Assembly: GCA_016190005.1 (NCBI GenBank)
Contig: JACPRK010000139.1
Location: forward strand, 24,717-88,716
Direction: 5' to 3'
Length of the DNA: 64,000 nt
Source of the DNA: Candidatus Wallbacteria bacterium
Lineage (GTDB): Bacteria > Muiribacteriota > UBA6191 > JACPRK01
The position numbers were made by a program, and so were the translations under genes. The notes under the pieces were generated by a model. That model worked only from the letters and a program-made list of their open reading frames with translations, was not told the DNA's origin and searched no databases. Below, piece after piece: positions 18,381-26,833 of the stretch. The stretch's first letter is position 1, and the number at the start of each line of letters is the position of its first letter.

Positions 18381-19484
18381 CTATCCAGCGAGGCAGGCCG
18401 CAGCGAGCGCGGAGAGGGTTACGGCCAGAGGCAAGGTGAAGATCCACGCAAGCGCGATGCTGGCGATCATGCGCCAACGGGCTTCACCCGTGGTCGCCCC
18501 CAGGCCGAAGAGTGATCCGCATGAGACGTGCGTCGTCGAGACAGGTAGACCCAGGCGCGAGGCGAAGAGCACGAGTGCCGCGGTGACCAGGTTCGCGGTG
18601 AAACCCTGGCCATGATTCATTCTGGTGATGCGCTCGCTCATGGTTCTGGAGACACGGCCCGCATAGAGCAGACCGCCAATGGCCATTGAGACCGCGATCG
18701 CGGCAAATCCGCTCACATGGCTCACCGTCCCTGCCGCCAGTAACAGGGCAGCAATCTTGGGCGTGTCGTTGAGTCCGCGGGCGAACGAGGTGGCCCCAGC
18801 GCTGACGAAGTGCACCCAGTCGAGCGCGTCTTGCGCCTCGACCGACAGGAGGGTGCCGGCGTACCGGCGCTGGCAGGTGGTCAGGACCGGCAGGGCCGAG
18901 GCTAGCGGCATGGCCTGCCCGCCGCCCGGCGCGCCCTGCGGCACCAGCGGCACCCATCTGCCCTCCACGCAGACGCAGTCCGAGGCGGTGACTCCGAGTT
19001 GCAGGCGCAGCCGGCGCAACACCGGGTAGAGCAGCATCGTGAGCACCAGCGCAACGGCCGGCGACAAAAGAAGCGGCGCCACGAACTTTGCGCCGAGGGT
19101 CGAGAGCCTCAGTTCGCCCCCCAGGGCCAATCCCGCACCCACCAGCGCCCCGGTGAGCGCGTGGGTCGTGGAAATCGGCATCGCCAGGCAAGTGGCCAGA
19201 ATGACCGTGCCCGCGGCCCCAAGGGCGACCGCCGCGACGAACGCCTGCTGACCGACCAGTCCATCCGGTACCAGGCCCGCGCCCGAAAAGCTGCGGGCGA
19301 GCTCTGCAGACAAGGCGACCGCACAGAGCGAGCCGCCGAGCGTGGCTAGAGTTCCCCACGCGAGGGCCGTCCGTTGCGAGGCCGCCCCGCTGCCCGCGAG
19401 CGTGGCGACGCCCTTAGAGTTGTCGTTGGCGCCGTTGGCCGCCGACACCAGCAGGGCGGCTCCCGCCGCAATCCAGTCACTCAT
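18381..19484 (-). CDS. pit: inorganic phosphate transporter, PiT family
   Basis: GGAGAG RBS before ATG 19484. Duplicated PiT signature motifs GANDNSKGVATLAGSGAAS and GLNDTPKIAALLL. Confidence 0.85.
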   Translation of the reverse strand: MSDWIAAGAALLVSAANGANDNSKGVATLAGSGAASQRTALAWGTLATLGGSLCAVALSAELARSFSGAGLVPDGLVGQQAFVAAVALGAAGTVILATCLAMPISTTHALTGALVGAGLALGGELRLSTLGAKFVAPLLLSPAVALVLTMLLYPVLRRLRLQLGVTASDCVCVEGRWVPLVPQGAPGGGQAMPLASALPVLTTCQRRYAGTLLSVEAQDALDWVHFVSAGATSFARGLNDTPKIAALLLAAGTVSHVSGFAAIAVSMAIGGLLYAGRVSRTMSERITRMNHGQGFTANLVTAALVLFASRLGLPVSTTHVSCGSLFGLGATTGEARWRMIASIALAWIFTLPLAVTLSALAAACLAG

Positions 19485-19940
19485 GGGATTCTCTCCTGTC
19501 AGCTCGTCCCCGGCGCGAGCTGTCTCCGGTCTACAGTGCGGCCGGGCTGTTCCGGATTCAAGAGACGACGGACGCCGCGACTCGTCACGCTCTGCATCCG
19601 GCTCGACCACGCCAGCGTAGACTGTTCTGGCCCTTCGCCACTCACGGCAGGGTCGGCGGCACGGGTCTGGGTCTCAGCATGGCGCGCAGCTTCTCCGAGG
19701 CAGACGCAGGGCGCCTCAGCTTCGAGGTCGCTCCCGGCGCCGGAATCCGGTTCGAGGTCGAGCTCCCGATCGATCGGGACGACGGTCCTGGGCACGGCGA
19801 GTGGATATCGCCGCGACTACGAGCCCGATCCGCAGGCCGAACGATAATGAAGCTCACTCGAGGACCGGCCTCGCCCGCCGGCCCTGCGCTCCGTGTTACC
19901 TTCGAACCGGATCGGCGTCGTATCGGACGACGAACCCGGC

Positions 19941-20573
19941 ATGACAGCCACCGACGATTCAGGATACGCCTCTCTGACAGACGAGGAGCTCGTGCGGCGC
20001 GACGGCGACGGCGACACCTCAGCTTTCGACATGCTCATCGACCGGCACGCGTCTCGTATTCTCGGCTTTCTCTTTCGTTCGACCGGGGATCGAGCGCTGT
20101 CGGAGGACCTGTTGCAGGAGACCTTCTTGAAGGCGTTCAGGAATAGACGCGGCTGGCGCGGAGAATCGCGATTTTCCACGTGGCTCGTGCAGATTGCGCG
20201 AAACCTGCTGATCGACAGGTTTCGATGGATGGGTCGCTGGAGAAGCGTCTCGATCGACGAGATGGATACTCAACCTGAACGGGCCATCCGTTCGGGTGAT
20301 CCGAGCCCTGAGGAAGCCGCACTGAGACGCGAGAGACACGACGAGCTGCGGGCAGCCATCCTGCGGCTTCCGGAGCGACAGCGAGAAGTCCTGTTGCTGT
20401 CTCGGTACTGCGACATGAGCTATGCGGAGATTGCCAGGCTGACCGGAGTCACGGAAGATGCCATCAAGCAGCTCGCCTACCGCGGCGTGCTGGCACTCAG
20501 ACGAGACCTGACGGGAAGCGGAGAGGCCAAAGATGGAGTCGAACCGACACCCCTGCGACGGAAAAGGTCCTGA
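19941..20573 (+). CDS. ECF-type RNA polymerase sigma factor
   Basis: Sigma70 region 2 (LLQETFLKAFRN...STWLVQIARNLLIDRFR) and region 4 (EVLLLSRYCDMSYAEIARLTGVTEDAIKQLAYRG). Confidence 0.8.
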   Translation: MTATDDSGYASLTDEELVRRDGDGDTSAFDMLIDRHASRILGFLFRSTGDRALSEDLLQETFLKAFRNRRGWRGESRFSTWLVQIARNLLIDRFRWMGRWRSVSIDEMDTQPERAIRSGDPSPEEAALRRERHDELRAAILRLPERQREVLLLSRYCDMSYAEIARLTGVTEDAIKQLAYRGVLALRRDLTGSGEAKDGVEPTPLRRKRS

Positions 20574-21189
20574 GGTCACGGCCTACGTGACGGGAAACCT
20601 CGACGCCGCCGCCCGAGCGGTGTTGGAGGCTCACATGACGTCCTGCTCGGCTTGCCGGGACTCGGAGCGATCGATCCGCGATGTATGGGCCTTGATGGCC
20701 ACGTTGCCGATGGAGACCGTGCCGCACGTCGTGAGGAGAGGGCTGAAGGCGACGATCGCCGCCGAACGAAGTGCCGTCGCGATGTGGCCGGTGGTCGTCG
20801 AAACCTTGCTTGCTCTGGGGCTGTTGACGATGCTGGGCGTAGTCTGCCCGATTCCGATGGTCTGCGAGTTCTTCCACACGGTTGTTCAACCGTTGCTGGG
20901 AGAGCGCTTCACGTTCTTGGCCCATACCATGGCCGCTGCGATGATGGGGCTGCTTCCTCTCGTGAGCGCGGAGCTACTCACTGGAAGGCTCGCAAGTCCG
21001 CCGACGACCCAGCGCCGTCAGCTCGTTGGAATGGGGTACTTCGCGCTGGTGGCCGTGGGCGTGCCGTTGTTGCGAATCCTCCCGCCCGATCCCGTCGCCG
21101 TCGTGAGCTGGTGCGCCGGCGCGGCGGCGGCGGCGTGGCTCTCGATGGAGATTGCGGAGAAGCTCCAGCCGGCCGCGGTCAGCTCGTGA
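20533..21189 (+). CDS. zinc-finger anti-sigma factor, membrane-anchored
   Basis: Overlaps the sigma-factor stop. HxxxCxxC motif EAHMTSCSACRD, then several hydrophobic transmembrane stretches. Confidence 0.6.
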   Translation: MESNRHPCDGKGPEVTAYVTGNLDAAARAVLEAHMTSCSACRDSERSIRDVWALMATLPMETVPHVVRRGLKATIAAERSAVAMWPVVVETLLALGLLTMLGVVCPIPMVCEFFHTVVQPLLGERFTFLAHTMAAAMMGLLPLVSAELLTGRLASPPTTQRRQLVGMGYFALVAVGVPLLRILPPDPVAVVSWCAGAAAAAWLSMEIAEKLQPAAVSS

Positions 21190-21443
21190 GGACTGCTACT
21201 CGGGCTGGCGGGAGCCCTTGCCACAGCCCTCGACGCCGAAGCTGACGCGAAGGCTCAGCCGGCCTGGGCGGGCCGAAGGCGCCCGGACTCGAGGGTGGCT
21301 CGATCTCCTCAGCGCGATTGGGCCGCGGGGGACGCGGTCTCTTCCGAGACATCGTCCCCCGACGGCCCCTTGGATCGGCGGGTTCGGCGACTACGCCGGC
21401 CTTCGCTACTTCAGGCTCGACCACGTCCTTTCCGCGAGCCCCG

Positions 21444-22301
21444 TCAGCGTGAGCTTCCGCTGCCGCCTTCGCGAGGAGCCTCGTTGAGGGACCAATCGTA
21501 GGAGAGCCACCGCACCTGGAATCCACCAGCCGCGATCGCCGCCTGAGCTTGCGGGGGTCCGAACTTGGCCAAGAAGCTCGCGGCGGCCGCGGACTTTCCG
21601 CCCAGTCCGCCGAAATTGCCGCCGGGTGCATACGCTCTCAGGAAATCATCCGCGAACCAGTCGAAAATCTGCGAGGCATGCAACACCTTCGCCGACAGGT
21701 CGATCCGATTGCGGGCCAAGCTCGTGGCGAAGCTGCGTGCCGCCTCGTCGAGCTGGGCGCCAAGTCGATCGCCAAGAAAGGGCTCCGCGCGCAGTTCGGG
21801 GCAGCTCACCGACGCGCAGTTGATGGCTGCGTGCAGTCGCGGGTCTGCGAACTCCTTCCGAAGCACCTCGTGCTCGATGTGATTGAGAGTGACCGGACGC
21901 CCTGCGGCGGTGAAAGTGATCTTGTCCCAGACACCCGGGATTTGACGGATGCTGCTCCGCGGATAGAGCGAGAACCAACTTCCCTGGATCGGGTAGTGGT
22001 CGATGATGACCTTCAGGGTGAAGGCGTTGTAGGCGTTGATCCAGTAGGCGAACCGGTCGTCTCGGCTCCAGGTCGAGAGGGCCTGCGGAGGGACGGCTCC
22101 GAGGGCGGTCACATAAGTATCGAGCCGCGTCCTTCCGTTCTTGAGCGCGGCGTAATCGACCAGTCCGTTGCGGACATGCGCCTTCAGAACCTGGGCGTAG
22201 AGGCCGTGAGTGCGATCGAAGTCACCGGCGAACAGGCCGGACGTGGCTAGGCACGCGCCGATCAGCGCAAGAGAAACGAAGTTGGGTCTTGTCATGTCCA
22301 T
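21444..22301 (-). CDS. DUF547 domain protein with signal peptide
   Basis: TAAGGAG RBS before ATG 22301. ...RFAYWINAYNAFTLKVIIDHYP...AINCASVSCPELR is the DUF547 signature. Confidence 0.7.
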   Translation of the reverse strand: MDMTRPNFVSLALIGACLATSGLFAGDFDRTHGLYAQVLKAHVRNGLVDYAALKNGRTRLDTYVTALGAVPPQALSTWSRDDRFAYWINAYNAFTLKVIIDHYPIQGSWFSLYPRSSIRQIPGVWDKITFTAAGRPVTLNHIEHEVLRKEFADPRLHAAINCASVSCPELRAEPFLGDRLGAQLDEAARSFATSLARNRIDLSAKVLHASQIFDWFADDFLRAYAPGGNFGGLGGKSAAAASFLAKFGPPQAQAAIAAGGFQVRWLSYDWSLNEAPREGGSGSSR

Positions 22302-22425
22302 GCTCCTTAGTCGATCCCCGGGGCAGCCGGCAACAAGCCGGCGCATCCAGGAGACGTCCGCGCCAGCGAAAGGTAACGGCCCAGGTTGGGTGCGTAGGAC
22401 GCCCGTCGGGCTGTGTCAGTGGGCA

Positions 22426-23394
22426 TCATCGAAGCCCCGCCAGCGACAAGATCAGCGCGGACACGCCCATCAGGAAGAGAACCCAGGGGAGGCTCCGAAG
22501 AGGTCGCCGCGCCGCGCGTGCCGGCAAGGAAAGGCGCAGGGTATCGGTACTTGCCGATGCGGGTAGCTGGGATGGTCTCCGGGCTGCCTGGGCAAGAGCG
22601 CGGCTGACGCGGTCGAGGTCCCCGAATCGATCTCTAGGCCGCCGGGCCAGCATCCTGAGGAGAGTATCGCTGGCGAGGGGTGAGAGTTCGGGGCGCAGCC
22701 GCGCCGGCGGAACCGGCGGCTCGGTCATGCGCGCCACGACTTCATCTGCCGGCGAGACTCGGGCAAAGGGGCGGCTGCCGACGACGAGCTCGTAAAGCAC
22801 GACGCCCAGCGAATACTGATCGGACGCAGACGAGGCTCCGGAGCCCTCGAAGAGCTCGGGAGCTACGTAACCGGCCGTTCCCACGACGATGCCGCGGCGC
22901 GTCACGAGCGCGGAGTCGGCCGATTTGGCAAACCCGAAGTCGAGTAGAACCGGACAGTCGGGCTCCGGCATCAGGATGTTCTCGGGCTTGAGGTCGCGAT
23001 GAACGATACCGTGCCGGTGAATCTCCGAGAGGGCCGACGCGAGCCGCATGCCGATGACGAGAGCTTGCCGGACAGGCAGAGCGCCCCGAACGACCAACTG
23101 TCGCAGCGTGGCACCGGCGATCCAGGGAGTCACCAGATAGGGAACCTGATCCACGACCCCGTGCTCCAGTACCGGCACGATTCCCGGATGGCGAAGCCGT
23201 GCGCCGACGCGTGCCTCGTGAAGAAACCGAGCTACCGCGTCAGGATCGTCCACGTGCTCTTCGGAGAGGACCTTCACGGCCACGTCCCGGCCCGAGGCCA
23301 CGCTCCGGGCCTGCCACACCGTCGCGAAGCTGCCGACCCCGAGAACACGGGCGGGCACGTACCGATCCAGCAGGAGCTGCGGGAATCCGGACAT
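22426..23394 (-). CDS. serine/threonine protein kinase with C-terminal transmembrane segment
   Basis: VAVKVL, HRDLKPENIL, DFGFAKS and GTAGYVAPE Hanks motifs. C-terminal hydrophobic helix WVLFLMGVSALILSLAGL. Confidence 0.8.
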   Translation of the reverse strand: MSGFPQLLLDRYVPARVLGVGSFATVWQARSVASGRDVAVKVLSEEHVDDPDAVARFLHEARVGARLRHPGIVPVLEHGVVDQVPYLVTPWIAGATLRQLVVRGALPVRQALVIGMRLASALSEIHRHGIVHRDLKPENILMPEPDCPVLLDFGFAKSADSALVTRRGIVVGTAGYVAPELFEGSGASSASDQYSLGVVLYELVVGSRPFARVSPADEVVARMTEPPVPPARLRPELSPLASDTLLRMLARRPRDRFGDLDRVSRALAQAARRPSQLPASASTDTLRLSLPARAARRPLRSLPWVLFLMGVSALILSLAGLR

Positions 23395-23400
23395 CGCTCT

Positions 23401-24237
23401 TCACGAAGTCTCGATCCGGGAGAAGTAGCCATCTTCGATCCAGTCCTGAGACCACCTCCGAAGTCTCGCGGAGAGCTCGTCGGGCTCCAGAGCCGCGTCG
23501 CGTTGCACCTTCTTCATCGCCTTGGCAAGGCACCGGCCCTGCACGAGCAGGCTCAGCAACCTGTATTCGTCCTGAGAGAGCTCCCTTCTCCAGACGCTCC
23601 AGTTCTTGCGATAGAGGACCGTGAAACTGGGGGCCGCGTCCGGCAAGGGAACGGACTCTCCACGCTTGACCGCCTGCAAGTAGGCGTTGACCGGGTACCC
23701 GAAGGCGCGCAACTGCAGCGTGGGAGCGGCGATGAAGACCGCGCCGCTCCAGTCGGCCGGACGCAGCGTCGCCAGCCCGCGCGCATCGAACGGACCCGGC
23801 TCCTCTGCGTCAAAGACGAGCGTCATCGCAAGCTCGAGCTCGGCCAGATCCGCGAGTACCGCACAGCTTTTCAGGTCACGGAGTGAACGGAGAAAACGAG
23901 GGAGGTGACGACCGAGCTGATTGAGGTTGGGATGAACAGACGGGTACGCCCGGATGTACTCGTCGACGAGCGACTTCCATGCCTCGGCACCGAGCGCGTC
24001 TTTCAACACGGGATAGTCCGTCGCCAGGGCATCTCGCATCCTGAGGGGGTACATCTGTGCGTAGACGGCCAGGCGATCGACAGGCTGCAGTCTGGCCGCG
24101 GGCAAGACGATCTCCTCAGCGCGGGCATCCAGGTGTCGTCGCGCATCGTCGGAATCGACTCCGCACCACGCGCAGTGAGGATGGGTCAGGACAGCCTGCA
24201 TCCATCCTTGGAGCTGACGAAGGGAGGGCTCAGCCAT
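23401..24237 (-). CDS. DUF2063-family protein, partner of the MNIO enzyme (BufC/MbnC-like)
   Basis: Immediately downstream of the DUF692 gene, overlapping by about 8 nt. N-terminal LRQLQGWMQAVL is typical of DUF2063. Confidence 0.7.
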   Translation of the reverse strand: MAEPSLRQLQGWMQAVLTHPHCAWCGVDSDDARRHLDARAEEIVLPAARLQPVDRLAVYAQMYPLRMRDALATDYPVLKDALGAEAWKSLVDEYIRAYPSVHPNLNQLGRHLPRFLRSLRDLKSCAVLADLAELELAMTLVFDAEEPGPFDARGLATLRPADWSGAVFIAAPTLQLRAFGYPVNAYLQAVKRGESVPLPDAAPSFTVLYRKNWSVWRRELSQDEYRLLSLLVQGRCLAKAMKKVQRDAALEPDELSARLRRWSQDWIEDGYFSRIETS

Positions 24238-25095
24238 GGACGGCCTCCGCTCGCAGTGGGGCCGAATCCGTGAGAGGACGGCCGTGACGCGCCTTCATCG
24301 CCTCGGCCAGGAGCACGTCGAAGGGCGGAATGTCCGCGTCCCACTCGTAGATGGTGGTGCGTCCTCCGCTCAGACGGGTCGCAAGCTCGTGGAGCGCCCA
24401 CACCCCGGGGAGCGCGTGGTCCGAGTGGGTGTCGATCAGGTGGGTGCCAACGTCGGTGTGGCCGGCCATATGGAAGTAGCCGACTCGCTCCCACGGGACG
24501 GCTTCGAGGTACTCGACCGGGTCGAAGCCGCAATTGACACTCGAGACGTAGACATTGTTGACGTCGATGAGGAGGCCGCAATCGGCCTCGTCGCACATCC
24601 GGGCCAGGAACTCCCACTCGGGCATCGAACTGTGCGTGAACGCCAGGTAGGTCGACGGGTTCTCCAGGAAGAGGGGCCGTTCCAGCAGGTCCTGGACGAT
24701 GCGAATCCTCGCCACGACGTGCGCAAGCGTCTGCTCGTCGTAGGGCAGCGGCAACAGGTCGTGGAGGTTTCGCCCCGCGACCCCGGTCCAGCAGACGTGA
24801 TCGGAGACCATCCTGGCGCGCGTTCGATCGGCCAGCGCCTTGACGCGTCTGACGTAGGCGCGATCCAGAAGGTCGGTGCTGCCGATGGAGAGGGAAACTC
24901 CGTGCATCACCACAGGGTAGCGGGCGGCCACCCGATCCAGCACGTGGAGCGGGCGCCCCCCCGTGTCGAGATAGTTGTCGGTGAGGACCTCGAACAGATC
25001 GACGGCCGGCCAGTGCGCGAGGACGTGGCCGTAATGGACCGTCCGGAGGCCGACGCCGACTCCCAGGTCGGTGGCAATGGACTGAATGGAGGACA
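24230..25095 (-). CDS. MNIO (multinuclear non-heme iron oxidative) enzyme, DUF692/UPF0276, BufB/MbnB-like
   Basis: MSSIQSIATDLGVGVGLRTVHYGHVL...TDNYLDTGG...HGVSLSIGSTD...ENPSTYL...HMAGH is the DUF692 TIM-barrel pattern. The ORF track extends it upstream to 25441, but that extension is an alternate-frame artefact of the precursor repeat. Confidence 0.8.
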
Positions 25096-25203
25096 TGAGT
25101 CGGTTTTCAGCGGAAGGAGGGCAGGCGACGGAGCCGGGGGGGATCGAGTGGGGGATGGCCCGCCGCCTGCCTCCAGGTACGGAGCGTTCAGGTGAGAAGG
25201 ACG

Positions 25204-25638
25204 TCAGCCCTTGTGGGGCACGGCACAACCGCCGAGACCCTTGCAGTCGTTCTTGCCCGCGCACTCGTTCTTCTCGGTCTTGCAGCCGCCGAGACCCTTG
25301 CAGTCGTTCTGTCCCTTGCACGCGTGCTTGGCGTCCTGGCTGGCACAGCCGCCCAGGCCCTTGCATTCGTTCTTGCCGGCGCACTCGTGCTTGTCCGTCT
25401 TGCAACCGCCGTGACCCTTGCACGAGTTCAATCCCTTGCACGCGTGGCGATCGGTCTTGGCCTCCTCGCTCGCAGCCTTGCTGGAGCCCTCCCCGGACCG
25501 ATCGGGTGTGCGCTCCGCTGCCGCCGGCGGCTCCTGTGAGCTGCCGCTACCCCCGTCCTGAGAGTAGACCAACCCGGCACCGGCGAGCACACCCGAGGCG
25601 ATCGCGCTGAGCATGAGTGTCTTGTTCCTGCGATTCAT
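25204..25638 (-). CDS. bufferin-like RiPP precursor: Sec signal peptide plus a 12-Cys tandem-repeat core
   Basis: AGGAGG RBS. Signal peptide MNRRNKTLMLSAIASGVLAGAGLVYSQ. The core is HACKGLNSCKGHGGCKTDKHECAGKNECKGLGGCASQDAK + HACKGQNDCKGLGGCKTEKNECAGKNDCKGLGGCAVPHKG, with 12 Cys in CKGxGGC / CAGKNxC repeats. It lies directly upstream of the MNIO and DUF2063 genes. Confidence 0.7.
   Translation of the reverse strand: MNRRNKTLMLSAIASGVLAGAGLVYSQDGGSGSSQEPPAAAERTPDRSGEGSSKAASEEAKTDRHACKGLNSCKGHGGCKTDKHECAGKNECKGLGGCASQDAKHACKGQNDCKGLGGCKTEKNECAGKNDCKGLGGCAVPHKG
25207..25446 (-). repeat. in-frame tandem duplication (2 x ~117 nt) encoding the 6-Cys core unit of the precursor
   Basis: Two near-identical 39-codon units. 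The same repeat produces the spurious overlapping ORFs 25192-25539(+), 25211-25414(+) and the 5-prime extension of ORF 24230-25441(-). Confidence 0.6.
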
Positions 25639-25899
25639 CCGAAGCAGCCTCCTTTGAGAAATCGATGGTTCGGTTCCGCCGAGATACGACGCAGCGGGGC
25701 CGGCAAGGTAACTGCGGTTGCCACAGATTTCGTCGAGGACGGTGGCCAGGTGATTCGCGCCATCCCGTTACCTGGCGCCCACTGGGCCGTCTTCCGGCCA
25801 TGAAGACGATGATGGTCACGAGCAGCCTCGCTCGCGTGCTCCGGGCGCCGAGATGGGCTGACACATCGGTCCTCGCGACGGAGGCGGTGCTGGCCAGCC

Positions 25900-26520
25900 G
25901 TGAAAGACGACAGGAAAGTGGGTTCGGCGGTCTCGGCGGATGACGACGAGGTACTGCGGCGATCGTCGACTCAGGAACCTGAGGCCTTCGGGGTCCTGGT
26001 CGGGAGGCACACTACCGGAGTTCTCCGGTTCCTCATGCGGCGTACCGCCGACCGAGCGATGGCCGAAGATCTCGTGCAGGAAACGTTTCTGAGGGCGTAC
26101 TCAGCTCGACGTGCCTGGCGCTCGGAAGGGAGCGTCCTCGGCTGGCTGCTCACGATCGCACGCCGTCTCCTGATTTCGCGCATGCGGAGGTTACGACGGA
26201 GACTGACCGTGCCCCTGGAAGGCGCATCGGAGCGCGAACTCCAGAGCCGGATCGGTGTTCCGGAAGAGACCGTCCTACGGCGAGAGCGTCACGACGCGGT
26301 CCGGCGTGAAGTGTTGCGTCTGAGGCCGAAACACAGGGACGTGATCGTGCTGTGGCTCCACGGAGAGTTGCACTACACCCGGATGGCCGGGCTGCTGGGA
26401 ACGACCGAGGCTCGGGTGAGGCAGCGTGTCTTCCACGCCAAGGAAGCTCTCGAGGGGCGTTTGCACGAGTTCCGACCGGGCGAGGGAGCCGGCGGCAGGC
26501 GACGAACTGCGAAGGGCTGA
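25900..26520 (+). CDS. ECF-type RNA polymerase sigma factor, divergent from the precursor gene
   Basis: DLVQETFLRAYSARRAW...GWLLTIARRLLISRMR (region 2) and DVIVLWLHGELHYTRMAGLLGTTEARVRQRVFHAKEAL (region 4). Confidence 0.8.
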   Translation: MKDDRKVGSAVSADDDEVLRRSSTQEPEAFGVLVGRHTTGVLRFLMRRTADRAMAEDLVQETFLRAYSARRAWRSEGSVLGWLLTIARRLLISRMRRLRRRLTVPLEGASERELQSRIGVPEETVLRRERHDAVRREVLRLRPKHRDVIVLWLHGELHYTRMAGLLGTTEARVRQRVFHAKEALEGRLHEFRPGEGAGGRRRTAKG

Positions 26521-26533
26521 GGAGGACCTGGCG

Positions 26534-26758
26534 ATGGCGATTCGGATCACGGTCTTCATTCGCGTTCAGGCAGGCGCGCCTGTCATGGCCTGCTGCCCCA
26601 TGATTCCCGGTATGTGTGCCACGGGGACCACAGTGACCGAAGTGACGCGAGAGCTCCGACAGCGCGTGCGAGAAGCGATACTGCAGGACCCCTCCTTGCT
26701 CGGCAGCACGTCAGTGACCTTTCTCGATCTCGACTTCGGCTTCGAACCGACCGACTGA
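26534..26758 (+). CDS. small HicB-like / UPF0150-fold protein, orphan paralog A
   Basis: GAGGAGG RBS. ITVFIRVQAGAPVMACCPMIPGMCATGTTVTEVTRELRQRVREAI aligns with the HicB core (…VIPELVTEADSLAEVTENVKDAL) of the bona fide HicB at 48574. No adjacent HicA. Confidence 0.45.
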   Translation: MAIRITVFIRVQAGAPVMACCPMIPGMCATGTTVTEVTRELRQRVREAILQDPSLLGSTSVTFLDLDFGFEPTD

Positions 26759-26833
26759 GAGAGGTCGCCTCCGAGGACTGTGCATCAATCGGCCTCCTCG
26801 ACGAGTACGGCACTGGCGCTCAGGAAGAGCGGG

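Noticed and set aside
24230-25441. ORF-track version of the DUF692 gene with a 116-residue N-terminal extension (MQGIELVQGSRRLQ... repeats)
   Set aside because: The extension is the alternate frame of the Cys-repeat of the precursor gene. It overlaps that gene, starts with GTG and shows the same tandem repeat. The genuine start is ATG near 25095 (MSSIQSIATDLG).
25192-25539. Plus-strand ORFs with LAxxLxxAxxL repeats opposite the precursor gene; considered as a possible CRISPR or repeat protein
   Set aside because: Mirror-frame artefact of the 117-nt tandem repeat. There are no spacer-like unique segments and no cas genes, so it is not a CRISPR array.
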